A DNA stretch of 64,000 nt. Origin: Fimbriosthenelais zetlandica (Eukaryota). The stretch is from NCBI GenBank assembly GCA_977030845.1, contig OZ365114.1, forward strand, positions 15,376,001-15,440,000, read 5' to 3'. The translations under genes and the position numbers were made by a program. A model generated the notes under the pieces. It did no database searches and had not been told where the DNA came from. It saw only the letters and a program-made list of their open reading frames with translations. Shown in pieces: positions 53,481 through 64,000 of the stretch (position 1 is its first letter; the number at the start of each line of letters is the position of its first letter).

Positions 53481-54538
53481 GTCCAACAAAGTCTGTTCTC
53501 TTTGTGTGAGGGCCTTTATGATGAGACACCACACAAAAACCTATATCTTATCAGAACGTGAAGCCCTTTATCTGTTATCAGAATATTGCATTTGAATTCA
53601 TCTAGAGTGAGATAAGAGATAAAGGCTTGTGGGAGAGATGACCATCATCTTCCCCTTGATGCTCCCAGCATCACTCGTACATCAGCAGTGTGTCCTGTCT
53701 CTGTATACATATATATGTAGAATTCTCGGCTCCAGATGGAACTCTGCCTGGTTTCATCCATTAGTTCTAGGACTAACCATTACGGGCGAGGGCACCTATT
53801 GACTGACCTACCAAGATTGCCTTTGTTAGCCCTCAGGGCCCACTCGGAGGGCTTTATCTCCTTATTCCTCCATTCTTTGGTCCTTCGGAGCAAACACTGC
53901 TTATTTCTGACACGCTGGCCCTGCCTTTAACATAGATATTTGGTGCCTTGCACGGTCCTGTGTCGAGGAGTTTCTCACTCGGGCAAAAACATCAGCAACA
54001 AGGATAAATATGTTTCCTCAGTACATCTTAGGCTACTGTGTATGCGCAATGTCGGTTAATAGAGTGATGGACGGGATTCTATAGTCTCTGAGGGGTGAAT
54101 TGATTCAGTATTATGTGTTAGAATGGGGATTTTAAGGCTTGGCTGGATACGGTAAATGGTGGATTTCTTTATTGTGCCATGTCCGGCTAAGGTTCCTGGG
54201 GGTCAGTTCATGCCTGTAGATCAGCCTATGTGTACCCATATAAATGTGCCATGTAATATTTATATCTTGCATGGCTGAACTTGCTAATGGATAATGGTGG
54301 TTACTCCAGATCAGTGCTTTCAAATTGCACATGTGTGAATTTCTTATTTTCAAAAAACGAAACACAAAAATCATTGAAACAGCATTTAATTACAAATGGA
54401 TGACCCTGCCTCTGGTCTTACCCCAAACCTGATCATCCCCTAATAATGTAATCAATAATAAAACAGGTCAATCTGTACCTATCATGACTAATTATATCAG
54501 AGCCTCCCCTCCAAACATCTTATTCAAACCTCCAACAT

Positions 54539-54583
54539 TCCCACCTCCCCACCCTCTTCTTGTCAGGGGGTGGGGAGGTGGGA
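54539..54583. repeat. GC-rich inverted repeat with perfect 16-bp arms
   Basis: TCCCACCTCCCCACCC (54539-54554) and GGGTGGGGAGGTGGGA (54568-54583), with a 13-nt spacer that can pair further. Confidence 0.95.
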
Positions 54584-55149
54584 GAAGGGTAGGAGGACTG
54601 GAGTGCGACTGAGGGCCCGGGAATGGGAACCAGAATGCTGGGGGCTGTGGGGCTGGATGAGTCCTGAGGGCATTTTATGATAAATCCAATGCCAGTCAAG
54701 TCATCCATATGCATGCAGCCTCGTCCTATAATCATGTAAGCGCAAGGAAAAACACAACACTCGATGGGACCGAAAACAGGCAATTAGGTTCCCGCTTAAA
54801 ATCGGACCTGATTTAATCCAATGAAGGCCTTGCTGTTCTTGTTGAAGATGCCTTGAATACTTTGCCTCCTGGCTTAAACCTTTTTCCTTGAGATTCTCAT
54901 AATATTGGTGCTGTAAAAACACTGAGAATCCTAACTGGTAAAAGTGTGTTGCATACTTAAATGCTTGAGGCTTCTTTCATATAATTATTGGCTTCTTGTG
55001 GAAGTGTTTCGTAACACATTTTTAAGGTTTTTGACTTTAGAGATGCCTGTAATTTTGTAACATAGTTTAATTTACCATATTGAATAGGCAAATTTTCAGT
55101 TACTGCACACCCAGCTATGACTCTCTCTGCGAGAAACAGAAGAGGAAAC

Positions 55150-55420
55150 TGAGTGCAATACCATTTAGCACCCTACCTTCGCCACAGGAGACTTTGGAGA
55201 TTAACATTCCAAGCCGTGCCAGACTGGGCATTTTGTTCAGTTTTGCAAATGAATCCCGAGACAGCCATTGTAACTTCTATGAATATTTATTAAGCAATCG
55301 CAAGCCATCAAATTGTATTACCAATGTTCGCCGTTCATGTGATACTACTTTCAATGATGGTGACCAATAGGGCCCTGGGTAGAGGCCCTACCATTGAAGA
55401 AATGCATGACTGAAGGATTT
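55150..55420 (+). mobile_element. Possible decayed L2/CR1 RT fragment
   Basis: LGILFSFA..RDSH / YLLSNRKP / DGDQ*G..*RP resembles GIFLD+.KAFD.+.H / SYLSNRKQ / GVPQGS.LGP. Confidence 0.4.
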
Positions 55421-55860
55421 TTTTACCATCATTATTGTATTCATTTTAGGCTTTTTTAATTCTTAATATGTAGTCGTTGTATTGTTTATTTTTTGACAGC
55501 ATATATGATCTGTTAACAATATGATAATTGGGTTTCTTAATCCTACAACACTTTATAGACAAAAAGGGGCGAACCAAATTTGCAAAAGCTCTTTATAATG
55601 AAGCTAGCCTATATTGAATTGATCTAGTCTTGCGATGTTGTCAATATTTGCTCTAGATCCCCTCCATCTACCACTTTTACCACTCAACAGGTCGCTCTAG
55701 AGTAAGGACTTATCGATTGACTATTAGAGAGTTGCTCTGCAGGGCCTACCCCACCCAAGAGAGCAAGAGCAAAGGAGAGGGTATGGCTCTACCTGTGAAC
55801 AAAGCAATTAGTGGACGCTCTGACAAGCGTGTACCTTGAAATTAGCAACATGTAGTGTAT

Positions 55861-56574
55861 AACCAATGGTCCCCTGTTCCACTCATAGTCGTGTTGAAGA
55901 AGGACTTCTTCCATTTACACCTGGTATTAGATTTACAAGTAAGAAAGGTGAATGACCCGAAGGCTCCTTTGCCTTCAACAGTATCTATTGATCAAGGTAG
56001 ACAATTAGAAGAAATATGGCATCTATGAATGACTGGTTTCTCGACAAATGAGGGCAAAGGCTCTGAAATGGGAGAGTACTTTGGTTGGAAGCTACCAATA
56101 ATATAAAAAATAAGGAGATCCGACCCTGTCATCAGGACATGAAATGGTCATGTGCAGAGTGATGGCGAGGTCAGTTCTGTTATATTTTAGATATTCTATA
56201 TATGAAACAGATGACAACTTTGGTTGTTTCGGGAGATCATGATGCTTCTGGTTCTTTATATAAGTTCCTTCCGCGAGGTACACGATACTTTCTCGGCAAA
56301 CATATCAGTTGTCAAGGTGACATTTCAAATTTGCGAAAATCTGAGAAGCTATTATGCTATGGGAAATTAAAAACTGCCACTCATTTTTTGTTTGTCTCAT
56401 AAAACACTGCGTACTATAGAGGTTGTTGACCTGGAGGCCAATCAGTTAAAGGATCTGAAGATAATTATGGTCGAAAATAGTGTAGCGTCCGATGGGGAAT
56501 GGGTAATGCTAACATTGCTGACAGCTTATATAAACCTAGTGCATAATGTGCAAATGAACCAATATAACAGTTAG
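55861..56574 (+). mobile_element. Decayed Ty3/Gypsy LTR-retrotransposon pol (reverse transcriptase)
   Basis: WSPVPLIVVLKKD..HLVLDL..RKVN..PLP (SPW.SPIVVV.KKDG..RLC+D+RK+N..PLP), IWHL, TGFSTNEG..EY...LP (TAF.T..G.YE+...PFG), CYILDIL (YLDDIL), YKF....YFLGKHISCQG...KSEKL (KC.F...V.FLGH.IS..G..PDP.KV), LKDLK. One frameshift, several stops. Confidence 0.75.
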
Positions 56575-57479
56575 TGGACCTACCAAGAAAGGCGTCTTAA
56601 GGATTCCTAATGGTGGCTGGAATATAAGAGAGAAATTTCACAGTCTAGCATGCTCTGTTTGCGAACAAATACAGCGATGGCGAGGATATTAGTAGACAGA
56701 GTCAGTCAACTAATGAAGATGACAATTACGTCATCAAATATCAGAATTAATTTGATGAGAACGCAGTGTGGACTAAGTACTATAGTGTATTATAACCGGT
56801 AATGGGAGGGATAATGGTTTGTTAGGAAAGCCATTCCTCTCCAAAGGCCAACCACTTAACTCTGCAATCCCATGTAACTTATGTTTCTGTACACAGATAA
56901 CCATATATTGCCTAGACCATGGACTGAAAAGTTATACAGACCTACCGTAATCTTTGGTATTTTGGAACTGCTGTCTTTTAGGGTTCAATACCTCTGCCTA
57001 GCGATGTGATCCTCATGTACAAATGTAAACAATCATTTTACTGCAAATTGGAAAACCTGGTAATTGTGGATGACCACTTGTGAAATTGCATCACAAGGAA
57101 ATTGATAAGGGGGTAAATTCGAAGAGACTCATGTAGCATTAGACTGTAATATTATAATACATAGCTGTTGTACCCGTATCAGCCATGGATGCATTTATTC
57201 CTGCATCAGTTGCTGTAACTAACACAGCAACAGGTTCTGAGATGAGGCAGATTTACACATGCTCATGTGTACGCACAATGTGCATGCTTTGAGGCCAGAC
57301 AATGTTATTGTATTACAATGACAGTTGGCCATCTTCATTGCCGGATGGCATGTTAGAAGCACGTCAGACAGGGGAGGGTCAGCGCAGGATGTGTAGGGTC
57401 AATACCTGGGTCATCTTGACCATACTTACATCACATGCTATGTTCAAATTACAACCTTGTTGACTTGGTGTATGAAAAG

Positions 57480-58170
57480 GAAAGTGCTGCATGGAAGCAA
57501 ATTTGCCAAGGGGGTATTTGGACTTTGATATTTGAACGTTCCTATATGTTGCAATTTTACAACAATTGAAACAATACTATTTAATACATTGTATTGTTAA
57601 AGACTTTTCATTGCTTATGAATGAATCAGGCATCTATGGTTTCATTGTTTGGATCAGACTATATCTGAACGTATAGGTCGGGAGGGATCCGATGCCTACC
57701 TCTAGATTAAGGACACGGAGTACTAGAGAGTAATGAATAATGGAGAGTTTGGCTAGCCAATTTCTGATCTCAGCTGACAGTCTCTCACAGCCCCGGCAGT
57801 GAAAGGATCCATAGTGCACAATATCATCACTTAAGACATAGTGCATTTTCTTCTTCGGCAAATTTGAATTGTTTATGATGAATAATTTTGAAGCATGTTT
57901 TCTAGTCCCGTCTTTAACATTTACAGATTCGGAATCAAAGATGATTTAAGACAATCGTTTGACTGAGTTTATAGCCATAACATCAACTACCGAAACAAAG
58001 TCTTAGAATCAAAGTCCTCTGTGTAACTAATAGCTTTAATATAAAACTTTTCATTGCAATGAATAATTATATTACTTCAGCCATTGTCTGAATGGTGGCT
58101 TGATTTGATTATTTAACCATAACCAACGTAGGGAATAAATGTGGGATGCATTAGTGAAACCTTGGTCTTC
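57480..58170 (-). mobile_element. Decayed CR1/L2 RT core
   Basis: VIILFIAMKSF / ILKLL / SESVNVKDG / LFIINNSNLP / HYVLSDDIVHYGS / EIRNWL resembles VFLD+.KAF / LL.KL / SEW..V.SG / LF+IYINDLP / HL+ADDT.+Y / +..WL. Confidence 0.55.
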
Positions 58171-60099
58171 TAATCTAAGGTTAAAGAATGCTTTGATTGC
58201 GTCGTCACTGAAGGAGGACACTTGATTATATTTCCAGATTAAAGTAAAGCATCAGTAGCCTTGTACTTATGCAATCTAGTTATCTCTCCCTCCCGAATTT
58301 CTTTTTTCTCCTCACTCCTCCTCTTTGCCATGCAAAGTCAACCTAATTAAGGTTTAATTTCGAAATCCATTTGTTCTGATCATTATTGGGGTAATTGTCT
58401 TTGTAGAGAGATTGATTGCTGGTGAATTGACGGTCTGTAGTTGATTCTAGCCACTTAATTTTGGTGAATACCCTGAGTAATTAGATGAAGGCTAAAACCA
58501 GAATCCAATGAAGTTGGGGAACATTTTTTTCTTCTTTCTTTCTTCTTATATGGCCTCTGGCATGAAAACAACTACCACACAGTCTGAGTCGGATCCAATT
58601 TCGAGAAAGAGCGCATTGGTGAACAGTAATTAGTTATGAGTTAGTGCAATGTTCTCTCAGATTGGATTCTTTTTTAGCCTATCTTCAGTGGAATGTAACA
58701 AGGCTTTCGTTCATTCCGAGCTGTTCTGAGATGAAGAAAGACGAAACCTGAGCAGCTATAGCTGCGTAGACATAACTAGAGGGGAATGCCCTGCGTGGGC
58801 TGACCTGTAATACAATGTCTTTAAAAATCCATTTTAACTCATTTAGTTGGCTCATTATGATCCTATTTTGCCCATTAGAGCAGAGTCTAATTAATAGGTG
58901 AGAGCAGGCTATAAAAACCATTCAAGCTTGTAAGTCCTGCACTAAAACCAAATACTTCACTACATCACAGTTAAGGTCCAAACTCCTTCGCTTCCCCAAA
59001 ATATTTTTGGTATGATTAACAGTGTGATCTCATTCCATTTGGATTCAAGCAGAGCAGTGTTAATAACTTCCGTTCGTTTTCTTTAACTCGTCAATGTTCT
59101 TCTATAAATAATAAATTGTGCAGTCCTATCAAATTGTTTTGATATAATCATATATCCAGAAGATGTTACATAGGTTCTATTTCCCCTCTACTCTCTCCAG
59201 ATCTTGCATATCTTTATTTCCTTGATTAACCATGTAGGATTAGCCTGGAGCTGTTGTATAATCCTTGCTGCAAGTGGTATTAGGTAGGAGAGAACTTTAT
59301 CAGCTAGGACAGGGGTTTATCACTACCTCTTATGATGTCATTAAAGCTTATCGCTGTGCGCCATAAGTGGCGAATCTGCTCTAATCCTATCCTTATATAT
59401 CATGCCCCGGCGTATTAGGTGCTTTGGGCCTTTTTGGTGCAGTATAGTCAGTCCCTTTCTAATTGTCTCCATGGGAGACAAACTCTACCTCAGTGTCTTT
59501 TTTATGTTATAATTATTGCGAATACAAAGGACTGAGTGCCACTGGCAATACACATGCAGTGGACTCCCATCTTCTTTGCCGAGTCCTTGTTTGCAGTCCT
59601 CGTCTTTTTAATATTATAGGACGTAATAGAAGGACACATAATATTATAGGCTTGCATAATGCTAGGAAATAGTAACCATCTTCTACCTACAATAGATACA
59701 ATGCTGGAGAAGACATGAATATATTAATTCCATGTGATTTTACATGAATTATCCTCCAATCTTCATATTTCACAATAAATTCATTTTAAGGTATATATTC
59801 GCCCTCCAAGTACTTCCAGAAATTAATGCTTATCATAAAATATCTTTTCTTTTATTTCTATAGTATCTCACATACAAGGCAACTTATATCTTATAACACA
59901 AATTTGTGATGAAACGTTTTGCCGAAGTTGTCGGATTTCCTAATAAATTACGAGTGCATAACATCTGTGCTTTCTCATTTACATATTAAGAAAAGGGGAT
60001 TTCTTTTATTCAATTTCAATCGAGGTTTCTGATGAACCTGAGATGATGTCCTTGATGAACGACTACTTTTACATTGTGAGACGATTTTTTCCCCTTTAT

Positions 60100-60690
60100 A
60101 TGGAAGTTGTGGCATGTACTTTTACTTCATCACTCTTTTGTGTGTTTCCCGTGGGGAGATGTCGAGGAACATCGAACACTAACTGTCTTATGAATAGAAG
60201 AATGATTCGATGAATAGGGGAACACTTCTTCTATGACTGAGATACAATGAGAGAGGAGTGGTTCAAAAAACTGGTTCAATAAAGAATAGAATGAAGAATA
60301 AGATACACTCCACTGCAGCGTACCACTCCTGGCTTCAGATGTTTCTGTTTCAACTACTGCAGGTTTTTAAAGATAACAGTTTTTCCTTTCTTACATCAAC
60401 ATTATACCGTGTGTCGGTATGAATGAAAACCCAAGAGTTATGCTTTTACATGTGCTGCGGAAATTGGATGATAGGTCTGTATTTTGAAATCATCTGCCGT
60501 ATATAGCCACATAAAACAGTGGGCAAAGGGGTAAATGAAAGCCACCCTGGCGACAGGAATTGTAGAATGTTAAATTCATTCAGTGTTGGTTCCGTGAGTT
60601 TCATTATAAAGTGAGCAGCTCGCAGTGAAAATGATACCATGTCAGCACATGCAGAGAGCAAATCCCCAGAGACATGAGCAGTGCGGAGCA
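60100..60690 (-). mobile_element. Decayed CR1/L2/Rex-like RT N-terminal fragment
   Basis: LLSACAD (LLK.CAD), EP..NEFN..Q..PGW, SKYRPI..P (SNYRPISLLP), then FFIE..F*TT (LF+D...AFNT+) and FIESF. Confidence 0.5.
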
Positions 60691-61653
60691 ATGGTCGAGG
60701 CTAGAGCTACTCCCGGTGGTCGCATTTGTTCACAGTTTCCAGCAGAATAGGCACTGGCTTCACCAACTACGGGGCCATGGGACCTGGGTTGTGGGAGAGG
60801 CAAAGCTTCATGCTTGGGCTTTGAATTCAGTGTTGCAATTTGGGCAGTAGTGGGTGCATGTATGAGGACAATAGTGGATTAAGTGTTGCTGTTTAGCTGC
60901 TGGGCGATATGATGTTTTCAGTTTTTGAGAAATTCCTGTGCAGGTTTGGGCTTTATGGTCATGGGGTATTGAGAGGATGTAATGGCGTTTAAAATTCTGT
61001 GGGTGAACACAATGCTTGTGCCGAATATTAAGCAAGTGCTTTGGATATCTACTTGACAAAAAAAAATACAAAATAGCGTCGGGAGTGAGGGAAGTACCAG
61101 ACTCTAGCCTGGGGTTTGGGTTGGTATTCTGTACTGCAATGCCTGTACACTCGGGCACGCAGAGAATAACACAATAACTAATCGAGCTACCATCGCCAGT
61201 CCATTATTCACTATCGCCACTTCCATTGGCCTTGCAAGGTACTAGGGCTTCCGATAAGGGCCATAAACTTGTGCCTAAGGGCACCGGGGTGGCAATAACT
61301 GGGAAGGGTAGATGACATGAGAGAGTGGGCCATACCGTTCGAATATTGAGCAAGTCATCTGACCGATGAAAAGTGATAACCAACAGTCATCACTGATATA
61401 GTCCAGAAATTATTGAAATGACATATTTCAACTATCGAAATGATTGTTCAAAGTCAGATTAAGAGCTGAAAGAAACATAATTTAGTTATGCACGGAAATA
61501 AAGGACTCACAAAGCCATGCCACTACTGGAACCTTTTTTTCTTAATATACCATACATCAGTTATACGTCAGTCTGGCCATCAATTCCTTATGGGCAATTG
61601 ACGGCTTGACCTGTCGTACATCAAGAAAACAGCTTGGTAGGCATGGGGCTTAA

Positions 61654-61663
61654 GTCACGTGAC
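61654..61663. promoter_or_regulatory. Palindromic E-box GTCACGTGAC (USF/TFEB CLEAR type) within a small motif cluster
   Basis: Exact 10-mer, with AAATGGC and an ETS-like ACTTCCTG within about 60 bp downstream. Function unknown. Confidence 0.3.
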
Positions 61664-61999
61664 CGACTGAAATGGCAAGTTGTGAAGCTGGTCGAGGGCA
61701 GCGGGGGATAGACTTCCTGTTCCCATAAAGCTCCGGAGTAGAGGCAGAGCAATGTGGGCCATAAGTCAAGAGTTTGGGTCTGTTTTTGTTCACGGGGTCA
61801 CGAGAGATCGCTTTCAACATCACAGTGTCCTAAACACTGATCACATCCGGGTCACAGATGGGTATCCATAATGACAAACTTTATCTTATACCTCTTCCCC
61901 TTTCGGGAAACAAAGAGGGATTTGTTGAGATGAAAAAGTTCCTGTTCGGAGCTCAATTTCCCTTTAATTTCCCTTCGCTTTCTTTATCCCTGACATTTG

Positions 62000-62510
62000 T
62001 TGAGCCTGCTAATAGTCATTTCCAGGACAGAATTTCTGGCTTCTAATCTAACAGAGGTCATCGATACCACAGCAGGGGACATCCTCGTCTGAAATCTGGC
62101 AGCTTTATTGCGGACTTTGAAAGGCTCAGTCAGGAATCACCTTTTACAATCAATGATATTCTGATTACTTGCATCTCAATTTTCGGATTTGTAAATCCTA
62201 TGAAGATTCTCTGTCACTCTGCCCATATGCATGAAGTCATCTATGATCAGTCACCAGAAAGGTATCGTACGATACAGACCAACATAGAGGACTATCGGCC
62301 TGACTCCCCTATATAGATGAAAAAGGCAATGTCCATACCATTTTAGATACAAGGCCCAAAGTGACCAGCCAAGGTTATCCCATCCCGCTCTGTCGCCTCT
62401 GTACACTTGGATCTCGGCCCATCCACTGATAATCACCCCAATTTGAGATTTGCCTGTATTGCAGGGCTGGCCAATATCTGCTATAATTGCTGAGGGGCGA
62501 CGTCCCAATG
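62000..62510 (-). mobile_element. Decayed CR1-type APE endonuclease fragment
   Basis: PSAIIA / QVYRGDRAG...G...ALYLK (+FR.DR.G..GGGVALY+K) / VLYVGLYRT (++G+.YRPP) / LIIDDF (II+GDFN). Confidence 0.47.
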
Positions 62511-64000
62511 ACTAGCACTAGTAGTAAACAGACACCCCCATCTTTATCATTAACCCTGCCATGGCCTACAACATGGTCCCTCTGACATGCTTCTGGTCTC
62601 TTCATGCCTAGCCTATAGCCAGACGAGCTAAGGCTAATGTCTTTATTGCCAGGTCCGTCCCGAACATCCTGATTGGACGCGGGTCATGATGCCTATTTGA
62701 TTTTAAGGTGGCCCGCAATTAGCCAAATTTGCATAACACACGACCATATGTCATTGGTATTTGTGTATATATATATATTATACAAAACTGCGGCAGTTGT
62801 AGTCTGAATACATTGGACTTTAAAGTGTACATGTTTGGTGAGATTCCTGATGGCTTCAACAGTGTTGGCAAATGAGTATTGAGCCATTCAGGCCACCACA
62901 GACTCACACATCAATGTCCTACATATGGGAGGGCACAACCTTCTGATTGGCTAGATTACACTGAAATTGCTTTTCACCTTCCAGGGTAACATACTCCTTT
63001 GTGGAATGGACATTTTCCATTAGCTGTCTTGTTAATTAGCAAAAGTAATAAGAATGGTCGACCTTCAAATAAGGAAAATGACATGTCGTCTGTCACGGTT
63101 ATTTCCCATTCATTGGGATTATGAAGCAATGCCTTAAATGGAAATATGATATTTAACAATGATTTAAATTTTATATAAATTCTTATGAGGGAATCTGACA
63201 TTTTGCAGTAATGTTATGATGTGCATCAGGTTCAGAAGTCAGTTGTAAATGGCAAATATTCCATTTCTGCAAGTGAAGCCTTCACTGTGTGCCTGTCCCC
63301 GACATCACCTTCAGAGCGACGTGGATATCGATGTTGTTTAGCTGTTAATAGTGCATACCGTGAGAGTTTTCCGAAAACCAATAAGCATAATTGTCGTTGT
63401 TGACAATGGAAATCTACCATGGTACCAGTAGATCTATATAGCTAGATCTACCAGAGAAAAGGCAATGGCAAGTGAATTCAACTTTGGTCGGCAAATCAGC
63501 TCCACCCGCTTTTGCTACCTTTACATTATGGTCTATTGCATGGTGGAGAAAAATTGTCGGTGGACTTCTTCTAGCAGAGTGCTTGTGACATTGAGGAATG
63601 AAGTGGAAGACTTGAACTGATGCTCTATCAGGCCTTCTCAGGGAATCATGCCTGGGCCCGATATTTTGCCATCAATGTGATCCGACGAGGAATCGGATTG
63701 CGTGGCGTCTTGTCGGATTTGTTATCTAACTAGGCCATGATTATAGGACACGACTTCCACTTCTCTCCATTGCTCCACCCTACTGCCCCCACATCCTTCC
63801 CTACTCTCCGCTCCAAACAGACAAAGGATCAGGGACTGGGAACAATTTGCTTTCCGGAGAAGGGCATTGTGGTACACTGAATAAAGCCACGTCAGGAATT
63901 CAATTAACATGTTTCGATGCTATCACAAAAAAAACATCAGCAAAGATACTATCTCTTAGATATTATTAGTCAAGAAGACAGTATTTCTTTGTGAAATGCC

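Noticed and set aside
63385-63455. Cluster of short palindromes (TACCATGGTA, GTAGATCTA...TAGATCTAC)
   Set aside because: Arms are 9 bp or shorter in low-complexity sequence, within chance expectation.
1-64000. CRISPR array, operon, or prokaryotic/phage defence system
   Set aside because: No regularly spaced repeats, no long ORFs and no gene-dense organisation. The sequence is eukaryotic non-coding in character.

Overview
Eukaryotic (metazoan-looking), AT-rich, essentially non-coding DNA. I find no recognisable host protein-coding exon, rRNA, tRNA, known miRNA or CRISPR array, and nothing prokaryote-like. Hand translation shows a dense mosaic of short, very decayed retrotransposon fragments. 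Most are non-LTR ORF2 pieces (CR1/L2-like, Rex1/Babar-like, L1/Tx1-like, RTE-like, possibly R4-like), plus one Ty3/Gypsy RT remnant at about 55.9-56.6 kb. These explain many of the longer ORFs in the track. Between them lie a (GA)27 microsatellite, a 24-bp minisatellite, a C16 tract, three notable hairpins or palindromes (46.4, 49.8 and 54.5 kb) and a few GC/CpG-richer islands that look cis-regulatory. The LINE fragments lean towards the minus strand, which would fit a long intron of a plus-strand gene. All TE calls come from by-eye comparison with remembered family motifs, with no database search, so boundaries are approximate and the weaker calls may be over-fitted. I could not support a novel multi-gene system here.
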